64,000 bases of DNA from Eledone cirrhosa (lineage: Eukaryota), in the NCBI GenBank assembly GCA_964016885.1, contig OZ024741.1:89466001-89530000 (forward strand), in the 5' to 3' direction. Position numbers and translations under genes: made by a program. Below are positions 13,566 through 27,763 of the stretch, in pieces. Each line of letters starts with the position of its first letter. The stretch's first letter is position 1. The notes beneath the pieces were generated by a model that was not told the origin of the DNA, ran no database searches, and saw only the letters and a list, made by a program, of their open reading frames with translations.

Positions 13566-13664
13566 CCTATAAAACGTTTTGCACTAGATGCTGCCATCAT
13601 TTTCTCTGACATCCTTGTTATCCCTCAAGCTCTTGGAATGACTGTGGAGATGGTGCCGGAAAAG
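13566..13664 (+). CDS. UROD: UROD exon 4 ([33 protein letters not shown])
   Basis: ttcAG acceptor, GTCAGT donor; [10 protein letters not shown] motif with the catalytic Asp. Confidence 0.97.
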
Positions 13665-15629
13665 GTCAGTAGTTTTTTTTTATCTTGGTACTTTCTTTAC
13701 TTTCTATTTCTTAATTAATTCCAGATTCTTGACATTGTCCTAACTCATATATATGTTTATGTATGTTATATGCTGTATGTAGTGTTATATGTTCTGTGTG
13801 TGTGTGTATGATGTATTTGTTTTATTTTTAGTCAGAGGATACAGGATAGTTACCATCTCTTTATGCAGGCTTCCTTCCTTGATCAATGTGTTCAGTTTGT
13901 AGTAGACTTCGCTCTTTTGTTGCCAAACTGCACCTGATTTTATGATGTTTTAAATTGTTTATATTTATCTGAAAACATTCCATCTTAATTTTATGTACGC
14001 TCCTTTGTTATGTTATGTTCCAAACACCAGCTTAATAATGAGCAAATTAGTTATATCACTAAATCCCTGTGAATTCTTAATTATTTTCAAAATTATTTGA
14101 AACATCTAGACTGTATCTTTCATTAGAAATATGGTAGCAAAAGGATTAATCTATGACCCAGTTTAACATGACCACCTGGCACCTGGGTGATTTTAGTGGA
14201 GTTTATTCTGTTACAAGCATTTAAACCAGATCTCTAATCTGAATATAATTTCTCTTCTTCTTCTCAACATATTATACTTGCATGGGTTAGATGGCTTTTC
14301 TCCAGCATAGCCTCCCTCAACCTGCTGCATTATTTCATTATCTCCTCAGGTTTTCTTTGATATTCCTTTTCCACAGCTTCCTTCTAAAATTCCTTCACAC
14401 TTCTTCAACCAACGATCCTCATCCATTATACATCACATGTCCATACCAGCACCATCTTCTCTCCCACGCACAATACCTAATTCTTCTATGCTTTGTCTTT
14501 CATGCACACTAACATTACACATCCATTGAAGTATGTTTGGTTCATTTCTGTCTAGCCTTTCATATATCCACTGCCCATCACTCACTATCCTGTAGCTTTG
14601 CACTTCTCAGGCAGGCATCATACAATCTACCTTTGCTTGGAAAAATCCCATTGTTGTCAACAGTGGTAGTAACTCCCTGAACCTTTTCTATCCTGTTCTT
14701 ATTCTAGCTACTATGTTTTTAGAACCATCTCTGAGACTGATAATTAGGTCACTTAAGTAATAAAAACTATTAACTACTTCTATGGAAACTTCCCTGGATT
14801 GGAAGAACTTTATTTCACTGGTGCTCTTATTACCAGTTATCCTTATGCTCCTGCCACAGGCAAAGACTACTTTTTCTGTTTGCCCACATGCTATCTCACT
14901 ACATCTTGTGTACATTGTATAGATTTCTTACTTATTCCTTTTTTATATTTGGAGCACAGTCACTTCTCTGATGAAATCAGTCTTGTCCTCTTTCTTATTT
15001 TGATCTTTACTAAATTTATTCTGAGCCGTTTTGATACTAGAACCAGGTCATCTGCATATCAAAATTTCCATAGACAGCTGATCTTTCAAAATGTTGCATT
15101 CATCATCATAATCATCAACACTGTTTTATATCAATTTTCCATGTTGGCATGGGTTGTCACGATCTGAGACTAGATCATCATCATCATCGTTTAACCTCCA
15201 TTTTCCATGCTAGCATGGGTTAGACGGGTTGTCTCATTAGAGGCGAGTTGGGTCAGGTAACTGTGTCTTGCTCATATAGGACTATATATGTTGGATAATC
15301 ATATTCCTGCTCATACTTTCCAGTTTGACATGGCTTCGATGGCTAGAAGCCCTTCCTAACACTAATCACTTAACTCCGTGTACTATGTGCATTTTATCAT
15401 GGTACCGGCACCACCACTTTACAGAGTAGACTGGATACATTTTATCATGTCATCAGTACCATCACTTGCAGAGTACGTGACTGGTGGGAGATGAGTTTTT
15501 AGTTCAAAACAAAATAAAAAAATACTTGATGTATGTTTTTTCCCTTCATCATATATTACAACATTTAAAACCCTTTGGTTCCCCGCATCTTGATTTACAT
15601 ATTTCCTTTTGTCCTATTTTCTTTTTCAG

Positions 15630-15791
15630 GGACCAACATTTCCAGATCCATTAAGAAAAGCTGAAGATCTTGAGAAGTTAAATAGAAATGTGAATGTGAA
15701 TGATGCTCTTAGTTATGTCTTTGAAGCGATTACTCTAACTCGACATAAATTAGAAGGGAAAGTCCCTCTTATTGGATTTTCTGGTGCCCCA
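15630..15791 (+). CDS. UROD: UROD exon 5 ([10 protein letters not shown]...[11 protein letters not shown])
   Basis: ttttcAG acceptor, GTAAGT donor; VPLIGFxGAP motif; 162 nt. Confidence 0.97.
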
Positions 15792-15872
15792 GTAAGTAAT
15801 CAGTTTATTTTTTTTTGTGTTTTTATCAGTGTTGTTATGCCTCTTTATAAGTGTTGTGTCTCTACCACCCAG

Positions 15873-16388
15873 ATCACACTGTAAATTGTGCTGGTGCCAC
15901 AATCAAACACATTCAGACCCCACTATAAAGTGGTAGTGCTGGTGCCACAATAAAATACATTCAGACGACACTGTAAAGAGGTAGTGCTGGTGCCACAATA
16001 AAATAAACCTAGAACACACTGTAAAGTGGTAGTGCTGGTGCCACAATAAAATAAACCCAGAACACTGTAAAGTGGTAGTGCTGGTGCCACAATACAATAC
16101 ACCCACACCACACTATAAAGAGGTAATGCTGGTACCACAATAAAATACACCCAGACCACACTATAAAGTGGTAGTGCTGGTACCACACTGTAAAGTGGTT
16201 GTGCTGGTACCACACTGTAAAGTGGTTGTGCTGGTGCCACTATAAAATACATTCAGACTGCACTGTAATGTCGCAGTGTTAGTGCCACAATAAAATACAT
16301 TCAGACCACACTGTAAAGTGGCAGTGTTGGTGCCACAATAAAATACACCCACACCACACTATAAAGTGGTAGTGCTGGTACCACAATT
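15873..16388. repeat. 46-48 bp minisatellite (CACTGTAAAGTGGTAGTGCTGGTGCCACAATAAAATACACCCAGAC) with 27-bp short units
   Basis: About 11 visible units filling most of UROD intron 5. Confidence 0.9.
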
Positions 16389-16489
16389 TAAATGTTAAAT
16401 TTCTTCATAAGTGTTGTGTCTGCTTGTTATTTCTCATCATAAGTGTTGTTATTTCACTCCATGAGTATTGTATTTACTTTCTCTTACAG

Positions 16490-16651
16490 TGGACACTTAT
16501 GTTCTACATGATTGAAGGCGGTAGTTCTTCCACTGCATCCAAGTCTAAGAAATGGTTGTACACTCTCCCAGAAGCTAGTGTTGAACTTTTAGAAATTTTG
16601 GAACATGTCATTGTTAATTATTTAGTTGCTCAAGTGAAAGCTGGAGCTCAG
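16490..16651 (+). CDS. UROD: UROD exon 6 ([13 protein letters not shown]...QVKAGAQ)
   Basis: ttacAG acceptor, GTTGGT donor; WTLxxYMIEG motif; 162 nt. Confidence 0.97.
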
Positions 16652-16671
16652 GTTGGTTTCACTTTCTTTAT

Positions 16672-17076
16672 TTCTTCTCTTACCCAATTACACCTCTCAA
16701 AGGCGATGACACACGACCGTGACCTCTGGCGTCACGCAGTAATACAGAGTACCCGACCTCCCATGGGTACAAGCTGAAGCATATAGACAATATGCCCCCA
16801 CACCCTCCCACTGCAAGGTGGTCGTGGAGGTGCCACGGCAAAAAAGCACCCAGCCCACACTGTAAAGTGGACGTGTAGGCGCCACGAAAAAGCACCCAGC
16901 ACTCACTGTAAATGAGGTTGGTGTTAGGAAGGGCATCCAGCTGTAGAAATCAAGCCAAATCAGTTCCTGTATGAGCAAGGCATGGTCAGCCGACCAGACA
17001 CTGCCCACAACAGGACAACCCGTCTAACCCATGCTAGCGTGGAAGATTGGACGTAAAACAGTGATGATGATGATGA
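16672..17076 (+). mobile_element. RTE LINE 3' end/tail
   Basis: [24 protein letters not shown] end, GGAAGGGCATCCAGC, (GAT)n tail; starts ~20 nt after the exon 6 donor. Confidence 0.85.
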
Positions 17077-20000
17077 TTTTCCTTCTTTGTAATAAAAGAT
17101 GCAGCTTTCTTTCATTGCATTCTGTGTGTCTAAATATCTATCTGCCTGTTTACATACCTAAACACCCCAAACCCAAAGAACAGGTGATGAATAGCATGAG
17201 AGTGTGGTGGATGTCAATAGAGTAATGGCTAGCAGTAAGAAGGGTGATGGTAGGTGGGGGCTAATTATGGACAAACCTGATGCCATCTTTTATTATACAG
17301 TGGAAAAGAGGCAGTTATAAAAGTGATGGTGAGGGTGATTGAATACAAACAGATCCAATGCCATCCCTTTTTTACTAAGATGGTGTAGTTCACTGAGTAG
17401 CAGAAAAGGTGATAGATAAAAGGGAAATGAAGAGAGGGAGTGGGACAGTATCTGTTTGGAGAAGTATTGGGGCAAACATTTCACATTACTGTATTTTAAG
17501 CATGGAAAATAGATGTTAAACGGTGATGAGGATGATGATGTTACTAAGTTTTGTATGTGTGTGGGAGAGGGTATTTTTCATAGTAAAATAAGATATATGT
17601 AGTGCTTTTTGTAATCCTTATAAAATTTACATAATACAACTATAAACAGTTTTGGCTGGAATTTTATGATAGGAATTAACTGTTAATATTTTAGTATTGG
17701 TCACACTTAAAAAAACACCTAGTGCTGGCATTAAACAGTAGCAATATTGGGTAGAGAGGACTATTCAGTCACATCAATGACATGACAAGATCTTTGGTGC
17801 AGGTGCCACAACAATATGCACCCATTACACTCTGTAAAGATGGCAAATTGGCAGCATCTTTAGAATGTCAGATAGGATGCTTAGCGATATTTGTTCCAGA
17901 GCTCTGTGTCTTGAATTCAAAATCTGCTGAGGTCAAATGTGCCTTTCATCCTTTCAAGTACCAGTCCAACACTAGCGTTGATTCTTATTTCTCACATCCT
18001 CTCTATCACACTCTCTCATTCTCTGAAATAAATCAGTTGTATTCAGACTTGGAAAGGGGTGGTCTCCACCAGGTTTAACATACCCCAAAACACACTGTAT
18101 ACCATGACAGCACCCCTACAACTCCACCAGGAGTGAAAGAACAAGAAAAGAAAACATTCTGTAAAGTGGTTGGCAATAGGAATGTCATCCAGCTCTGTAG
18201 AAACCCATGCCAAAATGGAACATAACTGAACAAGATGTGTTCCCTCAACCTGTCTAGGACAGGGATCTCTAAGTACTAACCTGTAAAACCCATGCCAACC
18301 TGGAAAAAGGATGCAAAATGATGATGATGATGATATTTTAATGTAAATGACTTTGTTTGTGTGTGTGTGTGGGGGGGGGGGGGGGGCTCTATCTGTGGTT
18401 CTATGTCTTTTTCTTTCATAAATACTTGTGATGTTTAATATCATTTAATTAGTAAAGGTAATATAAAATTAGATTCTAATACACATTAGTGTAGTGGAGT
18501 TGGTAGAATTAATTTAGTTATGGTACAGTAGGACTAATCTAATATATAGTAGGACTAATCTAATATATAATAGGACTAATGTAATATATAGTAGGACTAA
18601 TCTAATATATAATAGGACTAATGTAATATATAGTAGGACTAATGTAGTATATAGTAGGACTGATGTAGTATATAGCAGGACTAATGTAGTATATAGTAGG
18701 ACTAATGTAATATGTAGTAGGACTAATGTAGTATATAGTAGGACTAATGTAATATATAGTAGGACTAATGTAGTATATAGTAGGACTAAACTAGCATATA
18801 GTAGGACTAATGTAGTATATAGTAGGACTAATGTAGTATATAGTCGGACTAATGTAATATATAGTAAGACTAATGTAGTATATAGTAGGACTAATGTAGT
18901 ATATAGCAGGACTAATGTAGTATATAGTCGGACTAATGTAATATATAGTAGGACTAATGTAGTATATAGTAGGATTAATGTAGTATATAGTAGGACTAAT
19001 GTAGTATATAGTAGGACTAATGTAGTATATAGTACGACTAATGTAGTATATAGTACGACTAATGTAATATATAGTAGGACTAATGTAGTATATAGTAGGA
19101 CTAATGTAGTATATAGTAGGACTAATGTAGTATATAGTAAGACTAATGTAGTATATAGCAGGACTAATGTAGTATATAGTAGGACTAATGTAATATATAG
19201 TAGGACTAATGTAGTATATAGTAAGACTAATGTAGTATATAGCAGGACTAATGTAGTATATAGTAGGACTAATGTAATATATAGTAGGACTAATGTAATA
19301 TATAGTAGGACTAATGTAGTATATAGTACGACTAATGTAATATATAGTAGGACTAATGTAGTATATAGTAGGATTAATGTAGTATATAGTAGGACTAATG
19401 TAGTATATAGTAGGACTAATGTAGTATATAGTAGGACTAATGTAGTATATAGTAGGACTAATGTAGTATATAGTAGGGCTAATGTAGTATATAGTAGGAC
19501 TAATGTAATATATAGTAGGACTAATGTAGTATATAGTAGGACTAATGTAGTATATAGTAGGACTAATGTAGTATATAGTAGGACTAATGTAGTATATAGT
19601 AGGACTAATGTAGTATATAGTAGGACTAATGTAGTATATAGTAGGACTAATGTAATATATAGTAGGACTAATGTAATATATAGTAGGACTAATGTAATAT
19701 ATAGTAGGACTAATGTAGTATATAGTAGGACTAATGTTGTATATAGTAGGACTAATGTAGTATATAGTAGGGCTAATGTAGTATATAGTAGGACTAATGT
19801 AATATATAGTCGGACTAATGTAGTATATAGTAGGACTAATGTAATATATAGTAGGACTAATGTAACATATAGTAGGACTAATGTAATATATAGTAGGACT
19901 AATGTAGTATATAGTAGGACTAATGTAGTATATAGTAGGACTAATGTAGTATATAGTAGGACTAATGTAATATATAGTAGGACTAATGTAATATATAGTA

Positions 20001-20309
20001 GGACTAATGTAATATATAGTAGGACTAATGTAGTATATAGTAGGACTAATGTTGTATATAGTAGGACTAATGTAGTATATAGTAGGGCTAATGTAGTATA
20101 TAGTAGGACTAATGTAATATATAGTCGGACTAATGTAGTATATAGTAGGACTAATGTAATATATAGTAGGACTAATGTAACATATAGTAGGACTAATGTA
20201 ATATATAGTAGGACTAATGTAGTATATAGTAGGACTAATGTAGTATATAGTAGGACTAATGTAGTATATAGTAGGACTAATGTAGTATATAGTAGGACTA
20301 ATGTAGTAT

Positions 20310-20707
20310 ATCATCATCATCATCCTCACTGTTTTACGTCCGTTCTTCCATGCTAGCATGGGTTAGACGGGTTGTCCTGTTGTGGGCAGAGTCTGGTTGG
20401 CTGACCATGCCTTGCTCCTACAGGAACTGATTTGGCTTGATTTCTACAGCTGAATGCCCTTCCTAACACCAACCTCATTTACAGTGAGTGCTGGGTGCTT
20501 TTTTGCCGTGGCACCTCCACGACCACTTTGCAGTGGAATGATAAGGACCCCAGTCCCTATCATCTCATTTCTACAGCTGAGTAAACTGGAGCAATGTGAA
20601 ATAAAGTGTCTTGCTCAAGGAAACAACACATCACCCAGTCTGAGAATTGAACTCACAATCTTTCGATTGCAAGGCCAATGCTCTAACCACTAAGCCATGT
20701 GCCTCCA
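20310..20707 (-). mobile_element. tRNA-head SINE with RTE-derived tail, copy 1 in satellite
   Basis: Minus strand: GGAGGCACA-TGGCTTAGTGG (A box)...GAGTTCAATTC (B box)...CCTTGAGCAAGACACTT (CORE-like)...RTE tail (GAT)n. Confidence 0.9.
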
Positions 20708-22157
20708 TATAGTAGGTCTAAGGTAGTATATAGTAGGACTAATTTAATATATAGTAGGACTAATGTAACATATAGTAGGACTAATGTAGTATATAGTAGG
20801 ACTAATGTTGTATATAGTAGGACTAATGTAGTATATAGTAGGACTAATGTAACATATAGTAGGACTAATGTAGTATACAGTAGGACTAATGTAATATATA
20901 GTAGGACTAATGTAATATATAGTAGGACTAATGTAATATATAGTAGGACTAATGTAGTATATAGTAAGACTAATGTAGTATATAGCAGGACTAATGTAGT
21001 ATATAGTAGGACTAATGTAATATATAGTAGGACTAATGTAGTATATAGTAAGACTAATGTAGTATATAGCAGGACTAATGTAGTATATAGTAGGACTAAT
21101 GTAATATATAGTAGGACTAATGTAATATATAGTAGGACTAATGTAGTATATAGTACGACTAATGTAATATATAGTAGGACTAATGTAGTATATAGTAGGA
21201 TGAATGTAGTATATAGTAGGACTAATGTAGTATATAGTAGGACTAATGTAGTATATAGTAGGACTAATGTAGTATATAGTAGGACTAATGTAGTATATAG
21301 TAGGGCTAATGTAGTATATAGTAGGACTAATGTAATATATAGTAGGACTAATGTAGTATATAGTAGGACTAATGTAGTATATAGTAGGACTAATGTAGTA
21401 TATAGTAGGACTAATGTAGTATATAGTAGGACTAATGTAGTATATAGTAGGACTAATGTAGTATATAGTAGGACTAATGTAATATATAGTAGGACTAATG
21501 TAATATATAGTAGGACTAATGTAATATATAGTAGGACTAATGTAGTATATAGTAGGACTAATGTTGTATATAGTAGGACTAATGTAGTATATAGTAGGGC
21601 TAATGTAGTATATAGTAGGACTAATGTAATATATAGTCGGACTAATGTAGTATATAGTAGGACTAATGTAATATATAGTAGGACTAATGTAACATATAGT
21701 AGGACTAATGTAATATATAGTAGGACTAATGTAGTATATAGTAGGACTAATGTAGTATATAGTAGGACTAATGTAGTATATAGTAGGACTAATGTAATAT
21801 ATAGTAGGACTAATGTAATATATAGTAGGACTAATGTAATATATAGTAGGACTAATGTAGTATATAGTAGGACTAATGTTGTATATAGTAGGACTAATGT
21901 AGTATATAGTAGGGCTAATGTAGTATATAGTAGGACTAATGTAATATATAGTCGGACTAATGTAGTATATAGTAGGACTAATGTAATATATAGTAGGACT
22001 AATGTAACATATAGTAGGACTAATGTAATATATAGTAGGACTAATGTAGTATATAGTAGGACTAATGTAGTATATAGTAGGACTAATGTAATTTATAGTA
22101 GGACTAATGTAGTATATAGTAGGACTAATGTAGTATATAGTAGGACTAATGTAGTAT

Positions 22158-22555
22158 ATCATCATCATCATCCTCACTGTTTTACGTCCGTTCTTCCATG
22201 CTAGCATGGGTTAGACGGGTTGTCCTGTTGTGGGCAGAGTCTGGTTGGCTGACCATGCCTTGCTCCTACAGGAACTGATTTGGCTTGATTTCTACAGCTG
22301 AATGCCCTTCCTAACACCAACCTCATTTACAGTGAGTGCTGGGTGCTTTTTTGCCGTGGCACCTCCACGACCACTTTGCAGTGGAATGATAAGGACCCCA
22401 GTCCCTATCATCTCATTTCTACAGCTGAGTAAACTGGAGCAATGTGAAATAAAGTGTCTTGCTCAAGGAAACAACACATCACCCAGTCTGAGAATTGAAC
22501 TCACAATCTTTCGATTGCAAGGCCAATGCTCTAACCACTAAGCCATGTGCCTCCA
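22158..22555 (-). mobile_element. Same SINE, copy 2 (appears identical to copy 1, 1848 bp downstream)
   Basis: Same sequence, same junctions and same flanking monomer variants. Confidence 0.9.
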
Positions 22556-23081
22556 TATAGTAGGTCTAAGGTAGTATATAGTAGGACTAATTTAATATAT
22601 AGTAGGACTAATGTAACATATAGTAGGACTAATGTAGTATATAGTAGGACTAATGTTGTATATAGTAGGACTAATGTAGTATATAGTAGGACTAATGTAA
22701 CATATAGTAGGACTAATGTAGTATACAGTAGGACTAATGTAATATATAGTAGGACTAATGTAGTATATAGTAGGACTAATGTAGTATATAGTAGGACTAA
22801 TGTAGTATATAGTAGGACTAATGTAATATATAGTAGGACTAATGTAATATATAGTCGGACTAATGTAGTATATAGTAGTACTAATGTAATATATAGTAGG
22901 ACTAATGTAGTATATAGTAGGACTAATGTAGTATATAGTAAGACTAATGTAGTATATAGTAGGACTAATGTAATATATAGTAGGACTAATGTAGTATATA
23001 GTAGTACTAATGTAATATATAGTCGGACTAATGTAGTATATAGTAGGACTAATGTAGTATATAGTAGGACTAATGTAGTAT

Positions 23082-23477
23082 ATCATCATCATCATCATCC
23101 TCACCGTTTTACGCCCGTTCTTCCATGCTAGCATGGGTTAGACGGGTTGTCCTGTTGTGGGCAGAATCTGGTCGGCTGACCATGCCTTGCTCATACAGGA
23201 ACTGATTTGGCTTGATTTCTACAGCTGAATGCCCTTCCTAACACCAACCTCATTTACAGTGAGTGCTGGGTGCTTTTTTGCCGTGGCACCTCCACGACCA
23301 CTTTGCAGTGGAATGACCCCAGTCCCTATCATCTCATTTCTACAGCTGAGTAAACTGGAGCAATGTGAAATAAAGTGTCTTGCTCAAGGAAACAACACAT
23401 CACCCAGTCTGAGAATTGAACTCACAATCTTTCGATTGCAAGGCCAATGCTCTAACCACTAAGCCATGTGCCTCCAT
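23082..23477 (-). mobile_element. Same SINE, copy 3 (few substitutions, +3 and -6 indels)
   Basis: Same insertion phase in the monomer as copies 1 and 2. Confidence 0.9.
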
Positions 23478-24503
23478 ATAGTAGGTCTAATGTAGTATAT
23501 AGTAGGACTAATGTTGTATATAGTAGGACTAATGTAGTATATAGTAGGACTAATGTAGTATATAGTAGGACTAATGTAGTATATAGTAGGACTAATGTAG
23601 TGTATAGTAGGACTAATGTAGTATATAGTAGCACTAATGTAGTATATAGTAGGACTAATGTAGTATATAGTAGGACTAATGTAGTATATAGTAGGACTAA
23701 TGTAGTATATAGTAGGACTAATGTAGTATATAGTAGGACTAATGTAGTATATAGTAGGACTAATGTAGTATGTAGTAGGACTAATGTAATATATAGTAGG
23801 ACTAATGTAATATATAGTAGGACTAATGTAGTATATAGTAGGACTAATGTAGTATATAGTAGGACTAATGTAATATATAGTAGGACTAATGTAGTATATA
23901 GTAGGACTAATGTAATATATAGTAGAACTAATGTAGTATATAGTAGGACCAATGTAATGTAATATATAGTAGGACTAATGTAATATATAGTAGGACTAAT
24001 GTAATATATAGTAGGACTAATGTAGTATATAGTAGGTCTAATGTAATATATAGTAGGTCTAATGTAATATATAGTAGGACTAATGTAGTATATAGTAGGA
24101 CTAATGTAATATATAGTAGGACTAATGTAATATATAGTAGGACTAATGTAGTATATAGTAGGACTAATGTAATATATAGTAGGACTAATGTAGTATATAG
24201 TAGGACTAATGTAGTATATAGTAGGACTAATGTAGTATATAGTGGGACTAATGTAGTATATAGTAGGACTAATGTAGTATATAGTAGGTCTAATGTAATA
24301 TATAGTAGGACCAATGTAATATATAGTAGGACTAATGTAATATATAGTAGGTCTAATGTAGTATATAGTAGGACTAATGTAATATATAGTAGGACTAATG
24401 TAGTATATAGTAGGACTAATGTAGTATATAGTAGGACTAATGTAGTATATAGTAGGTCTAATGTAATATATAGTAGGACTAATGTAATATATAGTAGGTC
24501 TAA

Positions 24504-25958
24504 TCTATATATATAAAACTGTGGTCGTCTGTCTGTCTATCGATTTTTGGCACACATCTCCTCTTAGAATCTCTCACGGAATTGCACCGAAATTGCTATA
24601 CTTGTACATTGAGCCCTAGCGAAGACATCGGAAAAAAAAAATTTCAAATTGACCCACCCTATGTGACGAAATCGAATATAATGTATCGATTTTTGAGCGT
24701 AAGTTATCAGTTATTTCCCTTTGTTCTGTTTACATTGAGCGTCTTACATAAAAAATTACGCTGGCTTTCTCAGCGTTTAAAATGACAGCGAAATATTGAC
24801 CTGCAAAATTCATCAGTTCGAACACTAGGCTTCCGTTTTGCTTCATTTCCATTTAAAAGCATTTTAAAACAATATTTTTACTTGAAAACAAGTCTATTTA
24901 AAGACTACGTAAAACAAGCAAATATTTCGTCGTTAGGCGTGCAGACAGACAGTCCTGCAGAGAGGTGATATACGCGTGCAGACAGACAGTCGTGCAGAGA
25001 GGTGATATAGGCGTGCAGACAGACAGTCGTGCAGAGAGGTGATATAGGCGTGCAGACAGACAGTCGTGCAGAGAGGTGATATAGGCGTGCAGACAGACAG
25101 TCGTGCAGAGAGGTGATATAGGCGTGCAGACAGACATCTATATATATAAAACTGTGGTTGTCTGTCTGTCTATCGATTTTTGGCACACATCTCCTCTTAG
25201 AATCTCTCACGGAATTGCACCGAAATTGCTATACTTGTACATTGAGCCCTAGCGAAGACATCGGAAAAAAAAAAATTTGAAATTGACCCACCCTATGTGA
25301 CGAAATCGAATATAATGTATCGATTTTTGAGCGTGAGTTATCAGTTATTTCCCTTTGTTCTGTTTACATTGAGCGTCTTACGTAAAAAATTACGCTGGCT
25401 TTCTCAGTCTTTGTTAATAAATAACCAGTGCAGTTTTTATCCCCAGCATCCTCTTTTGTTATAACATTCGGGTTATCGTTATGTTTTCTTAACTTCATAA
25501 GGCATATTGTTGGTTGAGGGAATATTAATCAAAAACACCACATGCAAGTCTGCACAGTAGACACTACAGTTTTTAAGCCAAGAAAGAAACTTAACATTGT
25601 AACTTTAACACAGCTACTGAGCGACCCCGAGCAACGCCGGGCTTTACTGCTAGTAACTGATAATTTGGTTACGCTAATGTTTTTCTCTGCGTTGCAGTGT
25701 TTACATTTTCGATCTTTGTTAATAAATAACCAGTGTAGTTTCTATCCCCAGCATCCTCTTTTGTTATAACATTCGGGTTATCGTTATGTTTTCTTAACTT
25801 CATAAGGCATATTGTTGGTTGAGGGAATATTAATCAAAAACACCACATGCAAGTCTGCACAGTAGACACTACAGTGTTTAAGCCGAGAAAGAAACTTAAC
25901 ATTGTAACTTTAACACAGCTACTGAGCGACCCCGAGCAACGCCGGGCTTTACTGCTAG
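24504..25958 (+). mobile_element. Non-autonomous Helitron with a nested internally deleted copy (25137-25653)
   Basis: TC...CTAG termini, CCCG-AGCAACGC-CGGG hairpin, A^T insertion in the satellite. The inner copy sits in GACA^TAACTG, which is contiguous in other copies. Internal 37-bp minisatellite. Confidence 0.9.
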
Positions 25959-27763
25959 TGTAGTATATAGTAGGACTAATGTAGTATATAGTAGGACTAA
26001 TGTAATAAATAGTAGGACTAATGTAGTATATAGTAGGACTAATGTAATATATAGTAGGACTAATGTAATATATAGTAGGTCTAATGTAGTATATAGTAGG
26101 ACTAATGTAGTATATAGTAGGACTAATGTAGTATATAGTAGGACTAATGTAGTATATAGTAGGACTAATGTAGTATATAGTAGGTCTAATGTAGTATATA
26201 GTAGGACTAATGTAGTATATAGTAGGACTAATGTAGTATATAGTAGGACTAATGTAGTATATAGTAGGACTAATGTAATATATAGTAGGACTAATGTAAC
26301 ATATAGTAGGTCTAATGTAGTATATAGTAGGACTAATGTAGTATATAGTAGGACTAATGTAGTATATAGTAGGACTAATGTAGTATATAGTAGCTCTAAT
26401 GTAGTATATAGTAGGACTAATTTAGTATATAGTAGGACTAATGTAGTATATAGTAGGACTAATGTAGTATATAGTAGGACTAATGTAGTATATAGTAGGA
26501 CTAATGTAATATATAGTAGGACTAATGTAGTATATAGTAGGACTAATGTAATATATAGTAGGACTAATGTAATATATAGTAGGTCTAATGTAGTATATAG
26601 TAGGTCTAATGTAGTATATAGTAGGACTAATGTAGTATATAGTAGGACTAATGTAGTATATAGTAGGACTAATGTAATATATAGTAGGACTAATGTAATA
26701 TATAGTAGGTCTAATGTAGTATATAGTAGGACTAATGTAGTATATAGTAGGACTAATGTAGTATATAGTAGGACTAATGTAGTATATAGTAGGACTAATG
26801 TAGTATATAGTAGGTCTAATGTAATATATAGTAGGACTAATGTAATATATAGTAGGACTAATGTAGTATATAGTAGGACTAAGTAGTATATAGTAGGACT
26901 AATGTAATATATAGTCGGACTAATGTAGTATATAGTAGGACTAATGTAGTATATAGTAGGACTAATGTAGTATATAGTAGGACTAATGTAGTATATAGTA
27001 GGACTAATGTAGTATATAGTAGGACTAATGTAGTATATAGTAGGACTAATGTAGTATATAGTGGGACTAATGTAATATATAGTAGGACTAATGTAGTATA
27101 TAGTAGGACTAATGTAATATATAGTAGCACTAATGTAGTAGATAGTAGGACTAATGTAGTTAATAGTAGGACTAATGTAGTATATAGTAGGACTAATGTA
27201 ATATATAGTAGGACTAATGTAGTATATAGTAGGACTAATGTAATATATAGTAGGGCTAATGTAGTATATAGTAGGTCTAATGTAGTATATAGTAGGTCTA
27301 ATGTAGTATATAGTAGGACTAATGTAGTATATAGTAGGACTAATGTAATATATAGTAGGACTAATGTAGTATATAGTAGGTCTAATGTAGTATATAGTAG
27401 GACTAATGTAATATATAGTAGGACTAATGTAGTATATAGTAGGACTAATGTAGTATGTAGTAGGACTAATGTAATATATAGTAGGACTAATGTAGTATAT
27501 AGTAGGACTAATGTAATATATAGTAGGACTAATGTAGTATATAGTAGGACTAATGTAATATATAGTAGGACTAATGTAATATATAGTAGAACTAATGTAG
27601 TATATAGTAGGACTAATGTAATATATAGTAGGACTAATGTAATATATAGTAGGACTAATGTAATATATAGTAGGACTAATGTAATATATAGTAGGACTAA
27701 TGTAGTATATAGTAGGTCTAATGTAATATATAGTAGGACTAATGTAGTATATAGTAGGACTAA

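Noticed and set aside
20640-20707. tRNA gene
   Set aside because: The A/B boxes belong to a SINE head; no complete cloverleaf could be drawn.
20301-22570. SINE insertion of exactly 399 bp (19 x 21) preserving satellite register
   Set aside because: Copy 3 (396 bp) and the Helitron blocks (775-1927 bp) do not preserve register; a 1-in-21 coincidence suffices.
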